From positions 222,846 through 286,845 of IMG/VR virus record IMGVR_UViG_3300042892_002922: 64,000 nt of DNA, one strand, 5' to 3'. Position numbers and translations under genes: made by a program. Below, piece by piece: positions 29,698 through 39,709 of the stretch (the stretch's first letter is position 1; each line of letters begins with the position of its first letter). Origin of the DNA: a virus. Lineage: Duplodnaviria > Caudoviricetes. The notes under the pieces are model-generated. The model had not been told where the DNA came from. It worked only from the letters and a program-made list of their open reading frames with translations, and did not search any database.

Positions 29698-30465
29698 TTA
29701 GATTAAGTTAAAATTTTTTAAACCACTATTTTCGCTATCAATGTTTGAGTTTTGAGTGCCAGATATATAACCTCTTTCACCTTCAACACAAAATTCTGAA
29801 ACTCTATAATATGGTGAACCCTGTAAAACTTTAATACGGTTTTTATTTATAAAATTCATTAATGGGTAAACAGTATTATTCCAGTCACTAACTTGATGTA
29901 CATCCCTATTACCAAATTTCTCACCAACCCTTGTTAATTTTACCATAGATAAATCAAATTTACCACCAATTTTCTCTATCATAGATTTTTTAAAAAATTC
30001 ACAAGAACCTCTTAACATACCAATTGGCGCACCCACACTGTTTGTCCATATTTCCCATTTGTCAAATAGTTCGTGTTCAATAACTTTTTTAAACCAATCA
30101 TCTTTAAGGATCAAATTATCGTCATGTGTAAATAACATGAACTCATAATTTTGATAATCATATTCTTCTAACCATTGATTGGAACATCCCCAATCACCAA
30201 CAGTGTTTGGATATTCTTTATAAGTCCAACCTAGATTTTCAATTTCTTCAATTGTTGCAATTTTAGAATATAGTTTTTCATCTAAATGTTTTCTATCACC
30301 TTTTAAAACCACATCTTTCTTTTCTATTTCAGAATATTGTGGATCTCTATGTGAAACACAAAACATATCCATTGACCAATCATCTGGAAGTATTTGTTTA
30401 GATATACTTTCATAAAAATGTAATGGGTAGTGCCACCCAGAACACACTACTGCAATTTTTTTCAT
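29698..30465 (-). CDS. Putative glycosyltransferase (GT-A-like)
   Basis: LFTHDDN DxD-like motif; inside the GT operon. Confidence 0.45.
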   Translation of the reverse strand: MKKIAVVCSGWHYPLHFYESISKQILPDDWSMDMFCVSHRDPQYSEIEKKDVVLKGDRKHLDEKLYSKIATIEEIENLGWTYKEYPNTVGDWGCSNQWLEEYDYQNYEFMLFTHDDNLILKDDWFKKVIEHELFDKWEIWTNSVGAPIGMLRGSCEFFKKSMIEKIGGKFDLSMVKLTRVGEKFGNRDVHQVSDWNNTVYPLMNFINKNRIKVLQGSPYYRVSEFCVEGERGYISGTQNSNIDSENSGLKNFNLI

Positions 30466-31019
30466 AATAATATTTTTGAAACTGATGGAAAATTTTGATT
30501 CAAAACCTCGTAGTTTATTTTATTCTTGATTGAATTTATTGGTATTTTATTATACTTTTTCATCCATTCAATATTATCTCTTTCTATAGAACCACCTTCA
30601 AATATCATTGTTGCACCATTCTCAAGATTATTTTTAACCTTATTAAAAACATCTGTTATTGTGTTACCATCATTTGATATGTCTAAATGAAGTAAATCAA
30701 AATCTTCAACATCCCAGTCACTTATATTCATTTGTTTTAATTCAATAAAATCAAGTAATGAATACTTTTTAAGCGATTCCTTTGTTTTATCAATTGTTGA
30801 ATGTTTATATGGATAGGCATCCCACAAATCATAACAGATTATTTTACCACCGTTATTAATTTCTTGTAACGCCATTCCCATACTAATTGCAGAATAACCA
30901 TTTAACGTACCGAATTCAATTATTTTCTTTGGTTTTAATTCTAAAACTAAATTATATAATGTTTGTCCGATATCATGTTCACTATACGAACTTTCAACCT
31001 CAGGATTTTTATAAATCAT
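30462..31019 (-). CDS. Class I SAM-dependent methyltransferase
   Basis: IIEFGTLNGYS, LLHLDI. Confidence 0.7.
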   Translation of the reverse strand: MIYKNPEVESSYSEHDIGQTLYNLVLELKPKKIIEFGTLNGYSAISMGMALQEINNGGKIICYDLWDAYPYKHSTIDKTKESLKKYSLLDFIELKQMNISDWDVEDFDLLHLDISNDGNTITDVFNKVKNNLENGATMIFEGGSIERDNIEWMKKYNKIPINSIKNKINYEVLNQNFPSVSKILL

Positions 31020-31020
31020 A

Positions 31021-32205
31021 CTACCAACCTTTTTTTATACAATCAACAATATATTCTCTTTCTTCTTTAGAAACCCACCAACCAACTGGTATTGATGACA
31101 CTTTTTTAATTGTGTTATCTAAATTAGGTAATATATTTTTATATTCTCTAACACAAGAATGAACATCATTTCTTTCATGAACCTGAGATGTTGCGATACC
31201 CTTTTCAGACATATATCTTTGAAAATCATCTCTGTTGTCAACAAGAACACTATAAATCCAAAAAGAAGATTCTCTGTCTTTATGTCTTTCTAATAACTCA
31301 ACACCACTAACATTTTTAAGTTCCTTATCGTAAAATTTAGCATTCTCCTTATGTTTAGATGTAATTTCGTCAACGTGTTTAAAATTCTCATTACCTATGG
31401 ATGCATTTATGTCATTCATATGGAATTTAAAACCCCATTCAGATATGTCAGATTCACATCTAAAATCTTTTCTGTTCCCATCTCTATCAATACCATACCA
31501 TCTTAATAACTTTGCTCTTTTGTAAAGATCATCATGTGGTAAAAATAATAAACCACCATCACCAGAAGTAATGTGCTTTATTGCTTGTAAACTAAAGGTA
31601 CATATATTTCCGTGAGTACCTATAAATTTATTTTTATATTTACTACCCATAGCATGTGCACAGTCCTCAATAATTGCTGGCTTAAATCCATATAACCTAT
31701 ATGATTGTTCTTGTATGTCTTTTAATTTATCTAAATCAATAGGATAACCACCCCAATGCACAACAAAAATCGCTTTAGTTTTTGGTGTGATTTTTCTTGC
31801 TAAGTCATCTAAATCCATATTTAATGTCTTTGGATCGATGTCTACCCATTTAATATTGAAGCCATTTGCAATTATAGGCCAATTAGTTGCGGTGCACGTT
31901 AATGGTGTTGTCAATATTTCATCACCAGGTTCAATCCCAGGCCAACTTGATTCGTATTGTGCGTATCCATCAATGCCTTTTAAAAATTTATTGGGTTTTT
32001 TTAATAAGTGTAACGCTAAATGTTCAGCAGATGTTGCTGAATTTAGAGTTAATATTTTATCATGTCTAAAATATTGTTTTACATTTTCTTCAAAAGCATC
32101 AACAACTGGACCCTGACCGATAAAACCACTTTTTAGCACCTCGGCTACTTTATCAGTTACGGTATCTGACATAAAAACCTTAAATAACGGTATACTTTTT
32201 TTCAT
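31021..32205 (-). CDS. DegT/DnrJ/EryC1/StrS sugar aminotransferase
   Basis: VHWGG, IEDCAHA, FSLQAIKHITSGDGG (PLP lysine). Confidence 0.92.
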   Translation of the reverse strand: MKKSIPLFKVFMSDTVTDKVAEVLKSGFIGQGPVVDAFEENVKQYFRHDKILTLNSATSAEHLALHLLKKPNKFLKGIDGYAQYESSWPGIEPGDEILTTPLTCTATNWPIIANGFNIKWVDIDPKTLNMDLDDLARKITPKTKAIFVVHWGGYPIDLDKLKDIQEQSYRLYGFKPAIIEDCAHAMGSKYKNKFIGTHGNICTFSLQAIKHITSGDGGLLFLPHDDLYKRAKLLRWYGIDRDGNRKDFRCESDISEWGFKFHMNDINASIGNENFKHVDEITSKHKENAKFYDKELKNVSGVELLERHKDRESSFWIYSVLVDNRDDFQRYMSEKGIATSQVHERNDVHSCVREYKNILPNLDNTIKKVSSIPVGWWVSKEEREYIVDCIKKGW

Positions 32206-32274
32206 TTACTATTTTATTTATTACAATTTAATTATTTTTTTTTATATTATAAAGGGGTTTAAATGCACCCCCAT

Positions 32275-32973
32275 TTAATACTTTAAATGTCTTCCTTGGT
32301 CGTCAAAGTAATCATTACCACTTTTCTGTCCTTCCATTGTGAAAAGATTGGCATATCCCTTTAATCGTTTTCTTTTTAGTTTATTACCCATCTTCCATAA
32401 GCAAAATGGTAAACTGATTTGATCCCTAGACGAGAATTTAGAAATCTGTTCCCACCACATTAGTTGAAATTCTTTTGTTGCGTTAGTTGTTTTAACTATA
32501 AATGTCGACATCTCGTACAACCCCAACTTCTCAGGTACCCCTAACGACTTATAATATCTAAATTGCAACTCAACTAACTCACGATAATCTAATTGCCACT
32601 GAGCAACAGCTTGCATTTCTTCATAGGTACACTTCCTATCTGGATGTTTAAATAAAAGAATATCATTGTCATCTCCGTACTCGTCAATTATAAGTTGTGG
32701 GTTCATCTTTAATTGATGATTACCATCTTCCCATATTATGTATTCATACTGTGGGAACATTATTGCTGATAATATTTTATACGTTTTAGCATTTCTTCTA
32801 TTAATGTATTTGTCTAAGGATGAGAATTTTAAAACCGGTCTTTGTTCCCAAACTTTAACATCGTATTCTTTATCAACAAATGCTATGTAATCACAGTTAT
32901 CAAAAACTTGAGGTGGATCTATTAGTTTATCCTTACCGTCTGTGATAGATGTTAAAACTAAAAATTTTTTCAT
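32275..32973 (-). CDS. DUF616/TOD1-MUCI70-like glycosyltransferase
   Basis: YIIWEDG, KHPDRKC.YEE, RDQISLPF. Confidence 0.7.
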   Translation of the reverse strand: MKKFLVLTSITDGKDKLIDPPQVFDNCDYIAFVDKEYDVKVWEQRPVLKFSSLDKYINRRNAKTYKILSAIMFPQYEYIIWEDGNHQLKMNPQLIIDEYGDDNDILLFKHPDRKCTYEEMQAVAQWQLDYRELVELQFRYYKSLGVPEKLGLYEMSTFIVKTTNATKEFQLMWWEQISKFSSRDQISLPFCLWKMGNKLKRKRLKGYANLFTMEGQKSGNDYFDDQGRHLKY

Positions 32974-33590
32974 ATTGAATTATAGTACTTATTTTGTTTT
33001 TCTTGCTTTGAAATTGTTTTGTGATGTTGGATGCAATATACAGAATTTGTTGGTAATGTTGAAAAATTCTGTCCACCAATAATCTTCTCATGAACTCTGC
33101 CATACCAAGACATATGTTTTCTATAAACTCTGCCTTGCCAATCAGGAAAGTTAACATAGTTGTTTTCATCTAAGCGCCACCCCCATTGTTTAATATGTTC
33201 TTCAGTTAAACCTTGAACTGTATTAATTCTTGGTACAAATATAAGGTCAACCTTGGGATTCATTTCTAATATGGTACTAATATTTTTAACCATATATTCA
33301 TCAATCATCTCATCTGCATCTAATTGAAACACATAGTCCCCAGTACAGTAATCATTTAATTTATTTTTCCAATCGGCAAAGTCATTATTCCAATCAATAC
33401 TTCTCCAGGTTTGAACATTTGGTTTAATGTTAAATGGTAATAAGAAATCTAAAACTTCTTTGGAACCATTCTTCTCATCAAATAAAATCACAATCTCATC
33501 TTCAATTCTTTTATTCTCTAAAAGAAAAGGTACTAATCTTTTAATTTCATCTAACTCATTACAAACTGTTATGGCAAAACTTATTTTCAA
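32970..33590 (-). CDS. GT2 family glycosyltransferase
   Basis: ISFAITVCNE, FQLDADE, PRIN, VHE. Confidence 0.8.
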   Translation of the reverse strand: MKISFAITVCNELDEIKRLVPFLLENKRIEDEIVILFDEKNGSKEVLDFLLPFNIKPNVQTWRSIDWNNDFADWKNKLNDYCTGDYVFQLDADEMIDEYMVKNISTILEMNPKVDLIFVPRINTVQGLTEEHIKQWGWRLDENNYVNFPDWQGRVYRKHMSWYGRVHEKIIGGQNFSTLPTNSVYCIQHHKTISKQEKQNKYYNSI

Positions 33591-34852
33591 TTGATTTTTT
33601 CTAATTTAGGTAGAACTAATTTAGTCATTTTTGGTTGACTTACCAAATTTTCAACCATATTTTTTAACTTATTCTTCATCGCCTCAAAACTAAAATTGGT
33701 ATGGTTTTGTTCTCTTAATTTTTCAGAACGTTCTGTGAAAGTGTCATAATCTTTGTGTACTATTTTAATCACTTGAGAAAACTCGTCATAATTTGCTGTG
33801 AACCACTTTGAATCCGCAAGGACGTAACTATCAACTGCACTTTGATGTACGGGTGTTAGTGAACCCCCGATTAAGATCGCTTTATCAATCGGTAGGAAAT
33901 CTCTATGACCAGACCAATTAGATGCTATGATTGGCTTTCCCGTCATTGAGAACTCTAACAACGGTCTACCAAACCCTTCCCCTTTCGTTAACGATACCAT
34001 TGATTTAACTTTTGGATGGTTATAAAGATTATTCATTTCATCGTCCGTAAGTTCGCCAAAAATTAAATAAACCGATGGTGGATTCTCAATACCAGCAACA
34101 ACTCCCTCGATTTTCTTACGCATCTCTTCTCTAGCTTTAACTGAGAAATTTGTTGATGATGTTTTAAGAATTAGTGCTGGTTTATTTTCGTGTTCACCTT
34201 TAAATGTTTCACAAAAAACTTTTATCAACATCCCCACATCCTTTCTATCTTGACCTGTAGAACCTTTTAACCAATGCCCAACAAACAAGTAACAGAAATC
34301 TTCTTTTACATTGATTTTCAATGGTTTATTTAATTTTGTTAATGTGTTTTTATAAATCGAAGTATCAACACCCTCAAATAGCACCTCAATGTTTTTTGTG
34401 ATTCTATGTTGTTTAACTAACTTACCAGTATTATTTTCGTTCTCGTTATAAACGGTTGAAACTAAAACCTCTTTAGAAAAATTAGAGGTTACAATAATTG
34501 AATCCATCCTATTGCAACCATCAATCCAATCTTTTGGTGCTATGGTTGTTTCAATACCCGCCGTAATTCCTATGTTGTATTTGCCGACTGGGTTGAATTC
34601 ATTCGGAACTGTTACCTGAACATAAACATCTGGTGTTGCATTGGTTGAATTAATTATGTTATTCTCAATCCAAATATGGAATGGTTTGTTTTTGTTTAAT
34701 GCGGTCATTGGCGTTACACCCCAAGCACAACTATCGATTTTAATATCAAATAAATCTAATTCGTACAATGCTTGTAAAATATCTCTTGAATGAGCACCAT
34801 AACCACTCATGGTTTTTACCGGCCCTCTAAATAATAAAAATGGTTTACTCAT
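33587..34852 (-). CDS. GT4 family glycosyltransferase
   Basis: SGYG, GEGFGRPLLEF. Confidence 0.8.
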   Translation of the reverse strand: MSKPFLLFRGPVKTMSGYGAHSRDILQALYELDLFDIKIDSCAWGVTPMTALNKNKPFHIWIENNIINSTNATPDVYVQVTVPNEFNPVGKYNIGITAGIETTIAPKDWIDGCNRMDSIIVTSNFSKEVLVSTVYNENENNTGKLVKQHRITKNIEVLFEGVDTSIYKNTLTKLNKPLKINVKEDFCYLFVGHWLKGSTGQDRKDVGMLIKVFCETFKGEHENKPALILKTSSTNFSVKAREEMRKKIEGVVAGIENPPSVYLIFGELTDDEMNNLYNHPKVKSMVSLTKGEGFGRPLLEFSMTGKPIIASNWSGHRDFLPIDKAILIGGSLTPVHQSAVDSYVLADSKWFTANYDEFSQVIKIVHKDYDTFTERSEKLREQNHTNFSFEAMKNKLKNMVENLVSQPKMTKLVLPKLEKIN

Positions 34853-36198
34853 ATTACTTTATATAATTCAAATCTTTTTCTTGGTTTATATTTTTTTAAT
34901 GTTGTTTCAATACCATCTATAATACCATCACACATTATTTTTGATGATAGGTTTTGTATCGCGAACTCACGACCCTCTAACCCAACTTCTTTTCTTTTTT
35001 CTTTACCCTGTTTGTATACCGTATAAATTGCTTCAGCAACATCATCATCATTCACTCTGTCGTCAAAAATATATGGCGTGAGCGGTGATCCGTTAAGGTT
35101 AATAGCCGCCGGCCAAACAGGAACAACCCAGCTACCTGGAACAGCATCCTTTGTTTTATGTAAGGTTTTTATATTGATGTAATCATCAGCGGTATAGTCA
35201 AAACCACATTGGTCTTGTAAACCACCGGTAACACTAACAATAATAGGTGTTCCAGCCATAATACTTTCTGCTGTTGCCAAACCAAAACCTTCATTATTTG
35301 CTATATTAATTGTACAATCAGATAAATTATATATTTGATTTAATGTGTCCTGTTCTATTTTTGTGTTAGTGAACCTAACATCATAGTTTGGACACAACGC
35401 ATCAACCACTGCTAATAAATCGGTTCCATTGTTATCTACTGGTGTTGTATGCATTAATAGTAAACATTTATTAGCTTCCTCTTTCGTTAATTTATCACAA
35501 AAAGTATTAAATGAATATATGACATCAGATGGTTGCTTTCTTCTAATATTTCTATTATTAAAGAATAATATAAAATCATATTCCTTACCACCTAAAATTG
35601 TTTTAGTTAGTTGTTCATCAATTACATCCAACGGCTTAAATACGTTTGGGTTAATACCGTGTGGAACATATGATACTTGCCAATCTTCGAATTGTGATTG
35701 TGTTGCTTTAGTGTTGATAGCCCCAACTCGCTTAACAATACCGTATGTTTGTTTAGAAATGCAACCAATCCAGTCACAGCTTTCATACGAATCTTTATTA
35801 TATTTAGGATCTGGTAAATCATCCCAAACATGGTAATATAAAATAGGGACCTGTTGTCTAATTTCATGCTCATTATCATATAACCATTGCCAGTAATGTG
35901 GATCGGTAAAATGTAGTATTGCATCTGGTTTTTCAAGTTCAATAATTCTTCTCAACATCGCAATATCACCGTAACCATTATATGTGTAAATTTTTGCACA
36001 CGCATCTTCAATACCAGTTCTTTTCCTAATGTCATCATTTAAATCTATAATCTTACCATTTTCTGGATGTGATATAGCGGCTCCTAATTGTACCCAATCA
36101 AATTTATGAATGGTTCCTAATACAATCTCTTTTGACATTGTTGAAATCCCAGAGGTCATTCTAATGTCATCAGATAATAATAATATCTTCTTCTTCAT
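34849..36198 (-). CDS. GT4 family glycosyltransferase
   Basis: NRNIRRKQP, NEGFGLATAESIMAGTPII. Confidence 0.85.
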   Translation of the reverse strand: MKKKILLLSDDIRMTSGISTMSKEIVLGTIHKFDWVQLGAAISHPENGKIIDLNDDIRKRTGIEDACAKIYTYNGYGDIAMLRRIIELEKPDAILHFTDPHYWQWLYDNEHEIRQQVPILYYHVWDDLPDPKYNKDSYESCDWIGCISKQTYGIVKRVGAINTKATQSQFEDWQVSYVPHGINPNVFKPLDVIDEQLTKTILGGKEYDFILFFNNRNIRRKQPSDVIYSFNTFCDKLTKEEANKCLLLMHTTPVDNNGTDLLAVVDALCPNYDVRFTNTKIEQDTLNQIYNLSDCTINIANNEGFGLATAESIMAGTPIIVSVTGGLQDQCGFDYTADDYINIKTLHKTKDAVPGSWVVPVWPAAINLNGSPLTPYIFDDRVNDDDVAEAIYTVYKQGKEKRKEVGLEGREFAIQNLSSKIMCDGIIDGIETTLKKYKPRKRFELYKVI

Positions 36199-36201
36199 TA
36201 A

Positions 36202-36399
36202 TTAAAACTTTTTCTCTGACCCATGATTTATTTTATGTGAGTTTACTTTAACCCTAAAACTCTCATCACAATTGTATAAATCCATTGCTCTATTTACTAA
36301 TTTCTGTAAGTTTATTGAACCGTCAATTACTTCAATCTTAAATTTTTTGTATAAGTCGTCAATGACGTGTACCGTAGTTAGTTTTGTTTTTGTTTTCAT
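36202..36399 (-). CDS. Small ribbon-helix-helix-like DNA-binding protein
   Basis: KLTTVHV strand followed by two helices (DLYKKFK...LQKLVNRAMDLY). Confidence 0.45.
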   Translation of the reverse strand: MKTKTKLTTVHVIDDLYKKFKIEVIDGSINLQKLVNRAMDLYNCDESFRVKVNSHKINHGSEKKF

Positions 36400-36430
36400 A
36401 ATATATGTATATCAATATATATCCTTATGG

Positions 36431-36455
36431 CAAAAAAAAGGGGAGTTAACCCCTC
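36431..36455 (-). terminator. Intrinsic terminator
   Basis: Minus strand AGGGG-TTAACT-CCCCT followed by a T7-8 tract, right after the 36456-36608 stop. Confidence 0.6.
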
Positions 36456-36608
36456 TTAATTTCCTGATTTAGTTGCCATTTCTTTTAGCACAGCGCTAAT
36501 TTTAATTACTTGATCTGAAGTTGTGTTTTCAGGTAGTGGCACCGAAGTTACTTGTGGTGTTTGTTGTGTTGTAACCGGGTTGTTCTTTTTTTTGCATCCG
36601 CAGGCCAT
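36456..36608 (-). CDS. 50-aa protein starting MACGCKKK
   Basis: Translated by hand; A-rich initiation context and a downstream terminator. Confidence 0.6.
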   Translation of the reverse strand: MACGCKKKNNPVTTQQTPQVTSVPLPENTTSDQVIKISAVLKEMATKSGN

Positions 36609-36674
36609 ATTTTTTGTGTTTTAAATAATTTTATTTATGTTCTATAATAACGATTTTTATTTTTATTTTAAATA

Positions 36675-37022
36675 TTAAACTGGATTTTTTTTCGTACCTA
36701 GATATAGGTTTGCGTAGTCCCCAGGTTTCCACCCATCACAGGTACCGGCCGGAAATTCAAAAACCATATTACCTGACGCTGTGTAGTGCTGACAATCTTC
36801 ATCAGAACATGGTTGACAATCATTAAACACCTTTGTTACCCTATCATTAGTAACAAAAACGATATCTAATGGTATCAAACAATCCTTCATCCAAAATGAA
36901 TGAAAACCTTTTTTGAGTTTAAAACCCATACACCCATCCAAGGACTCCCTACCCATCATACCCTGTTGGATATCTTGAGAAAATTCAACCTGAAAGGTTT
37001 TACCGTTAACAGTTAATTCCAT
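36675..37022 (-). CDS. DUF192 family protein
   Basis: GMMGR, SFWMKDCLIPLDIVF, VFEFPAG; start moved to ATG 37022. Confidence 0.8.
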   Translation of the reverse strand: MELTVNGKTFQVEFSQDIQQGMMGRESLDGCMGFKLKKGFHSFWMKDCLIPLDIVFVTNDRVTKVFNDCQPCSDEDCQHYTASGNMVFEFPAGTCDGWKPGDYANLYLGTKKNPV

Positions 37023-37045
37023 AACAATAAATATTAGGTATTTTT

Positions 37046-37076
37046 TTTGTTTTTTAAATAATTTCCCATATATTAG
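37046..37076 (+). promoter_or_regulatory. Bacteroidota-type sigma-A promoter (TTTG-N19-TATATTAG)
   Basis: Spacing matches the -33/-7 consensus, with one mismatch in the -7 box. Confidence 0.5.
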
Positions 37077-37080
37077 CCCC

Positions 37081-37317
37081 ATGGTATCAATATTTGGAGG
37101 TTTATTAGAGTTAAAAGACGAAAACCAATTAACTGGTTTAGCTGATAATTTAGACACAAAAATGGCTGTTAAGCTGTTAGAATTTGCGTTGGAAAATTGT
37201 ACAGATAAATTCACATTATTTGAGAACCATTTGATTTACAAGTGTTTAGAAACAATTAAATATGAAAATAAGACAAGTAACTTACGTAATGATGATCCTA
37301 ACGGGGATTCTAATTGA
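37081..37317 (+). CDS. Hypothetical protein
   Basis: ORF track. Confidence 0.55.
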   Translation: MVSIFGGLLELKDENQLTGLADNLDTKMAVKLLEFALENCTDKFTLFENHLIYKCLETIKYENKTSNLRNDDPNGDSN

Positions 37318-37435
37318 GCGGTACGGAATTAAGGGCGCTGACCCAGATATAGTTAAATACTTTGGATATGGTGCCATATCTTTGGGTTCGTTTAACATTA
37401 TATTAGATTATATTCGAAAACCTAAAAATAAATAA
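37262..37435 (+). CDS. Small membrane protein (57 aa)
   Basis: Translated by hand MKIRQVTYVM...; two hydrophobic segments. Confidence 0.45.
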   Translation: MKIRQVTYVMMILTGILIERYGIKGADPDIVKYFGYGAISLGSFNIILDYIRKPKNK

Positions 37436-37436
37436 C

Positions 37437-37727
37437 ATGGACTTAACAGCGGAAATGGAGAATTACAACAAGGTTAAAGACATAGTACTGAACAAATTAG
37501 TAAGCGAAGGTTTACTAGACCAATCAGATTCGGAAGAATTTTCTGAAAGATGTCAGGTTTTAGCTTACAAAGGTAAATGGTTTAGTAAATGGTTTGATAA
37601 GAACGTAAAGTCAGAAAACTCGGATGCAAATCCTAATGGCTATTATATTCGTATAATCGAAATGAAAGAAAAAGAAGATGAAGTTGATAGGTTATTAAGA
37701 AGAACAACTGGCAATTATGACGAATAA
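37437..37727 (+). CDS. Hypothetical protein
   Basis: ORF track, coupled to neighbours. Confidence 0.6.
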   Translation: MDLTAEMENYNKVKDIVLNKLVSEGLLDQSDSEEFSERCQVLAYKGKWFSKWFDKNVKSENSDANPNGYYIRIIEMKEKEDEVDRLLRRTTGNYDE

Positions 37728-37923
37728 AAAAGTATATCAAAAGGATTTTTTTATTTATAAAAAAAAGCATCACTGGTTTATTATACCAACAATTGTTTTT
37801 TTTTACAATAAAACAGAATTTCTTGAAACCGGAGTTACATCACCATCTTGGGGTTTAACTATAAGGTGGTTAACTTATATGATGGGGATTCAAATACAAG
37901 AAACATATGGACATGGAAAATAG
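37717..37923 (+). CDS. Hypothetical protein
   Basis: ORF track. Confidence 0.5.
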   Translation: MTNKKVYQKDFFIYKKKHHWFIIPTIVFFYNKTEFLETGVTSPSWGLTIRWLTYMMGIQIQETYGHGK

Positions 37924-38281
37924 AGATACAAGTGTATTAACATTTGGGGCAATTGTTTCCCTATTTGGTGTGTTAGTTTCGTTAATGTATTTTAACGATA
38001 AACCCACATCCGTTGTAACAACAAACATATGTAAGGAAGATTCGTTAATAAATTTAGTCAACGAATTACGAATGGATTTGAAAATGCAATCAGATGGGTT
38101 TGATTATAAAGAAAAAAGATATTCTGAAATTTTATTTGAATATGAATATGGGGTTGACCATTTAAAAAATTATCAACCACAGGCATATAGAGAGTTTCAT
38201 AGAATTTTATCCCATAAAGAAAATTTCAGCAGACAAGACGAACAAGATAATATAAAAAGGTTAGAAACACCAAAATGGTAA
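37907..38281 (+). CDS. Hypothetical protein with N-terminal TM helix
   Basis: VLTFGAIVSLFGVLVSLMYF. Confidence 0.55.
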   Translation: MDMENRDTSVLTFGAIVSLFGVLVSLMYFNDKPTSVVTTNICKEDSLINLVNELRMDLKMQSDGFDYKEKRYSEILFEYEYGVDHLKNYQPQAYREFHRILSHKENFSRQDEQDNIKRLETPKW

Positions 38282-39468
38282 ACATGAATACATTGGATTC
38301 CAAATATCAAGACCTATTGCAGGACATTTTAGATAACGGAGTTGTTAAAACAGATAGAACTGGAACTGGTACGATATCGGTATTCGGTAGACAAATTAAA
38401 CATAAAATGTCACAAGGGTTTCCATTACTTACAACCAAGAAAATAGCGTGGAAGACAATGGTAACGGAGTTGTTATGGTTCCTTAAAGGAGAAACCAACA
38501 TTAAGTATCTTGTTGATAATGGGTGTTATATTTGGAATGGTGATGCTTATAAGAACTACACTAAAGAAGTAAATGTTCTTATTGATGGTTATATGTGCGG
38601 TGATATAATGGGGATGCAATCACATATTGAAGATATGTTTAGCAACCCTGATGATTTAACACCATTAACTCAAGAAGAATTTATTGAGTTAATAAAAACA
38701 AATGATGAGTTCGCAAAAACATGGGGTGATTTAGGACCAATCTACGGTAAACAATGGAGAAGGTGGAGAGAAGGTGAGTACACTACTCCCTTAGGGTTAG
38801 ATGGCCCTTCAATATGGAAAGAAGGTATAGACCAAATTCAAAACTTAATCAATGAACTAAAAACAAATCCTGATAATAGAAGATTAATAGTATCTGCTTG
38901 GAATGTAGGTGAATTAGACCAAATGGTTTTACCACCTTGTCATTATGGATTTCAAGTATACACTAGAAAATTAACAGGTGAAGAGATGTGGGATTTATTA
39001 AAAAAGAAAGTTGGGGAAGATAAATTTAAATCTATGGTTGATGATGTTGTACCATTTGGTGGTGGGTTAAGTGAGGAATTAGAATCCCATAAGATACCTA
39101 AACGAGCAATATCATTAATGTGGAACCAACGTTCAGTCGATACATTCTTAGGTTTACCATTCAATATTGCATCATATGGTTTGTTATTAGAGATTCTTGC
39201 AAATGAAGTTAATATGACACCAGAAGACCTAATAGGTAACTTAGGAGATGTTCATTTGTATTCTAATCACATTGAACAAGCTAAAGAACAAATTGGTAGA
39301 GAACCATATAAGAATTTACCAACATTAAAGTTTAGTCCAATACAATTGGCACATTTTGAGCATCATATGGACACATTTGATACCTATATAAAAGAATCTC
39401 AGCCATATCAATTCATAATTGAGGGTTACGAATCACACCCGTCAATAAAAGCGCCATTAAGTAATTAA
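38275..39468 (+). CDS. thyA: Thymidylate synthase (with two insertions)
   Basis: DRTGTGT, FPLLTTKK, ELLWFL, LPPCHYGFQ, QRSVDTFLGLPFNIASY, HLYSNH. Confidence 0.95.
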   Translation: MVNMNTLDSKYQDLLQDILDNGVVKTDRTGTGTISVFGRQIKHKMSQGFPLLTTKKIAWKTMVTELLWFLKGETNIKYLVDNGCYIWNGDAYKNYTKEVNVLIDGYMCGDIMGMQSHIEDMFSNPDDLTPLTQEEFIELIKTNDEFAKTWGDLGPIYGKQWRRWREGEYTTPLGLDGPSIWKEGIDQIQNLINELKTNPDNRRLIVSAWNVGELDQMVLPPCHYGFQVYTRKLTGEEMWDLLKKKVGEDKFKSMVDDVVPFGGGLSEELESHKIPKRAISLMWNQRSVDTFLGLPFNIASYGLLLEILANEVNMTPEDLIGNLGDVHLYSNHIEQAKEQIGREPYKNLPTLKFSPIQLAHFEHHMDTFDTYIKESQPYQFIIEGYESHPSIKAPLSN

Positions 39469-39469
39469 C

Positions 39470-39709
39470 ATGTTTATCCACATTACACCAGATGAACTAG
39501 AACCTGAATTTAGAGAATCCTGGAAATTAGGATTTATAAGTCAGCCATCAATTGATTATGCTGATAACGCAATATACGCAAACTTTGAGGGTAAACTAGT
39601 TACAATATTCAGGTTTAAACAATATGGTTGGATAAACGATAATAGGTCTAATACATATAAAGTGAGTGCAGGATCTGCCGGAATCACTATTAACATAGTA
39701 AAATCATGA
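39470..39709 (+). CDS. Hypothetical protein
   Basis: ORF track. Confidence 0.55.
   Translation: MFIHITPDELEPEFRESWKLGFISQPSIDYADNAIYANFEGKLVTIFRFKQYGWINDNRSNTYKVSAGSAGITINIVKS

Noticed and set aside
32254-32271. GGGGT/ACCCC hairpin as terminator
   Set aside because: Only a 5-bp stem with an 8-nt loop and a poor U tract; too weak to call
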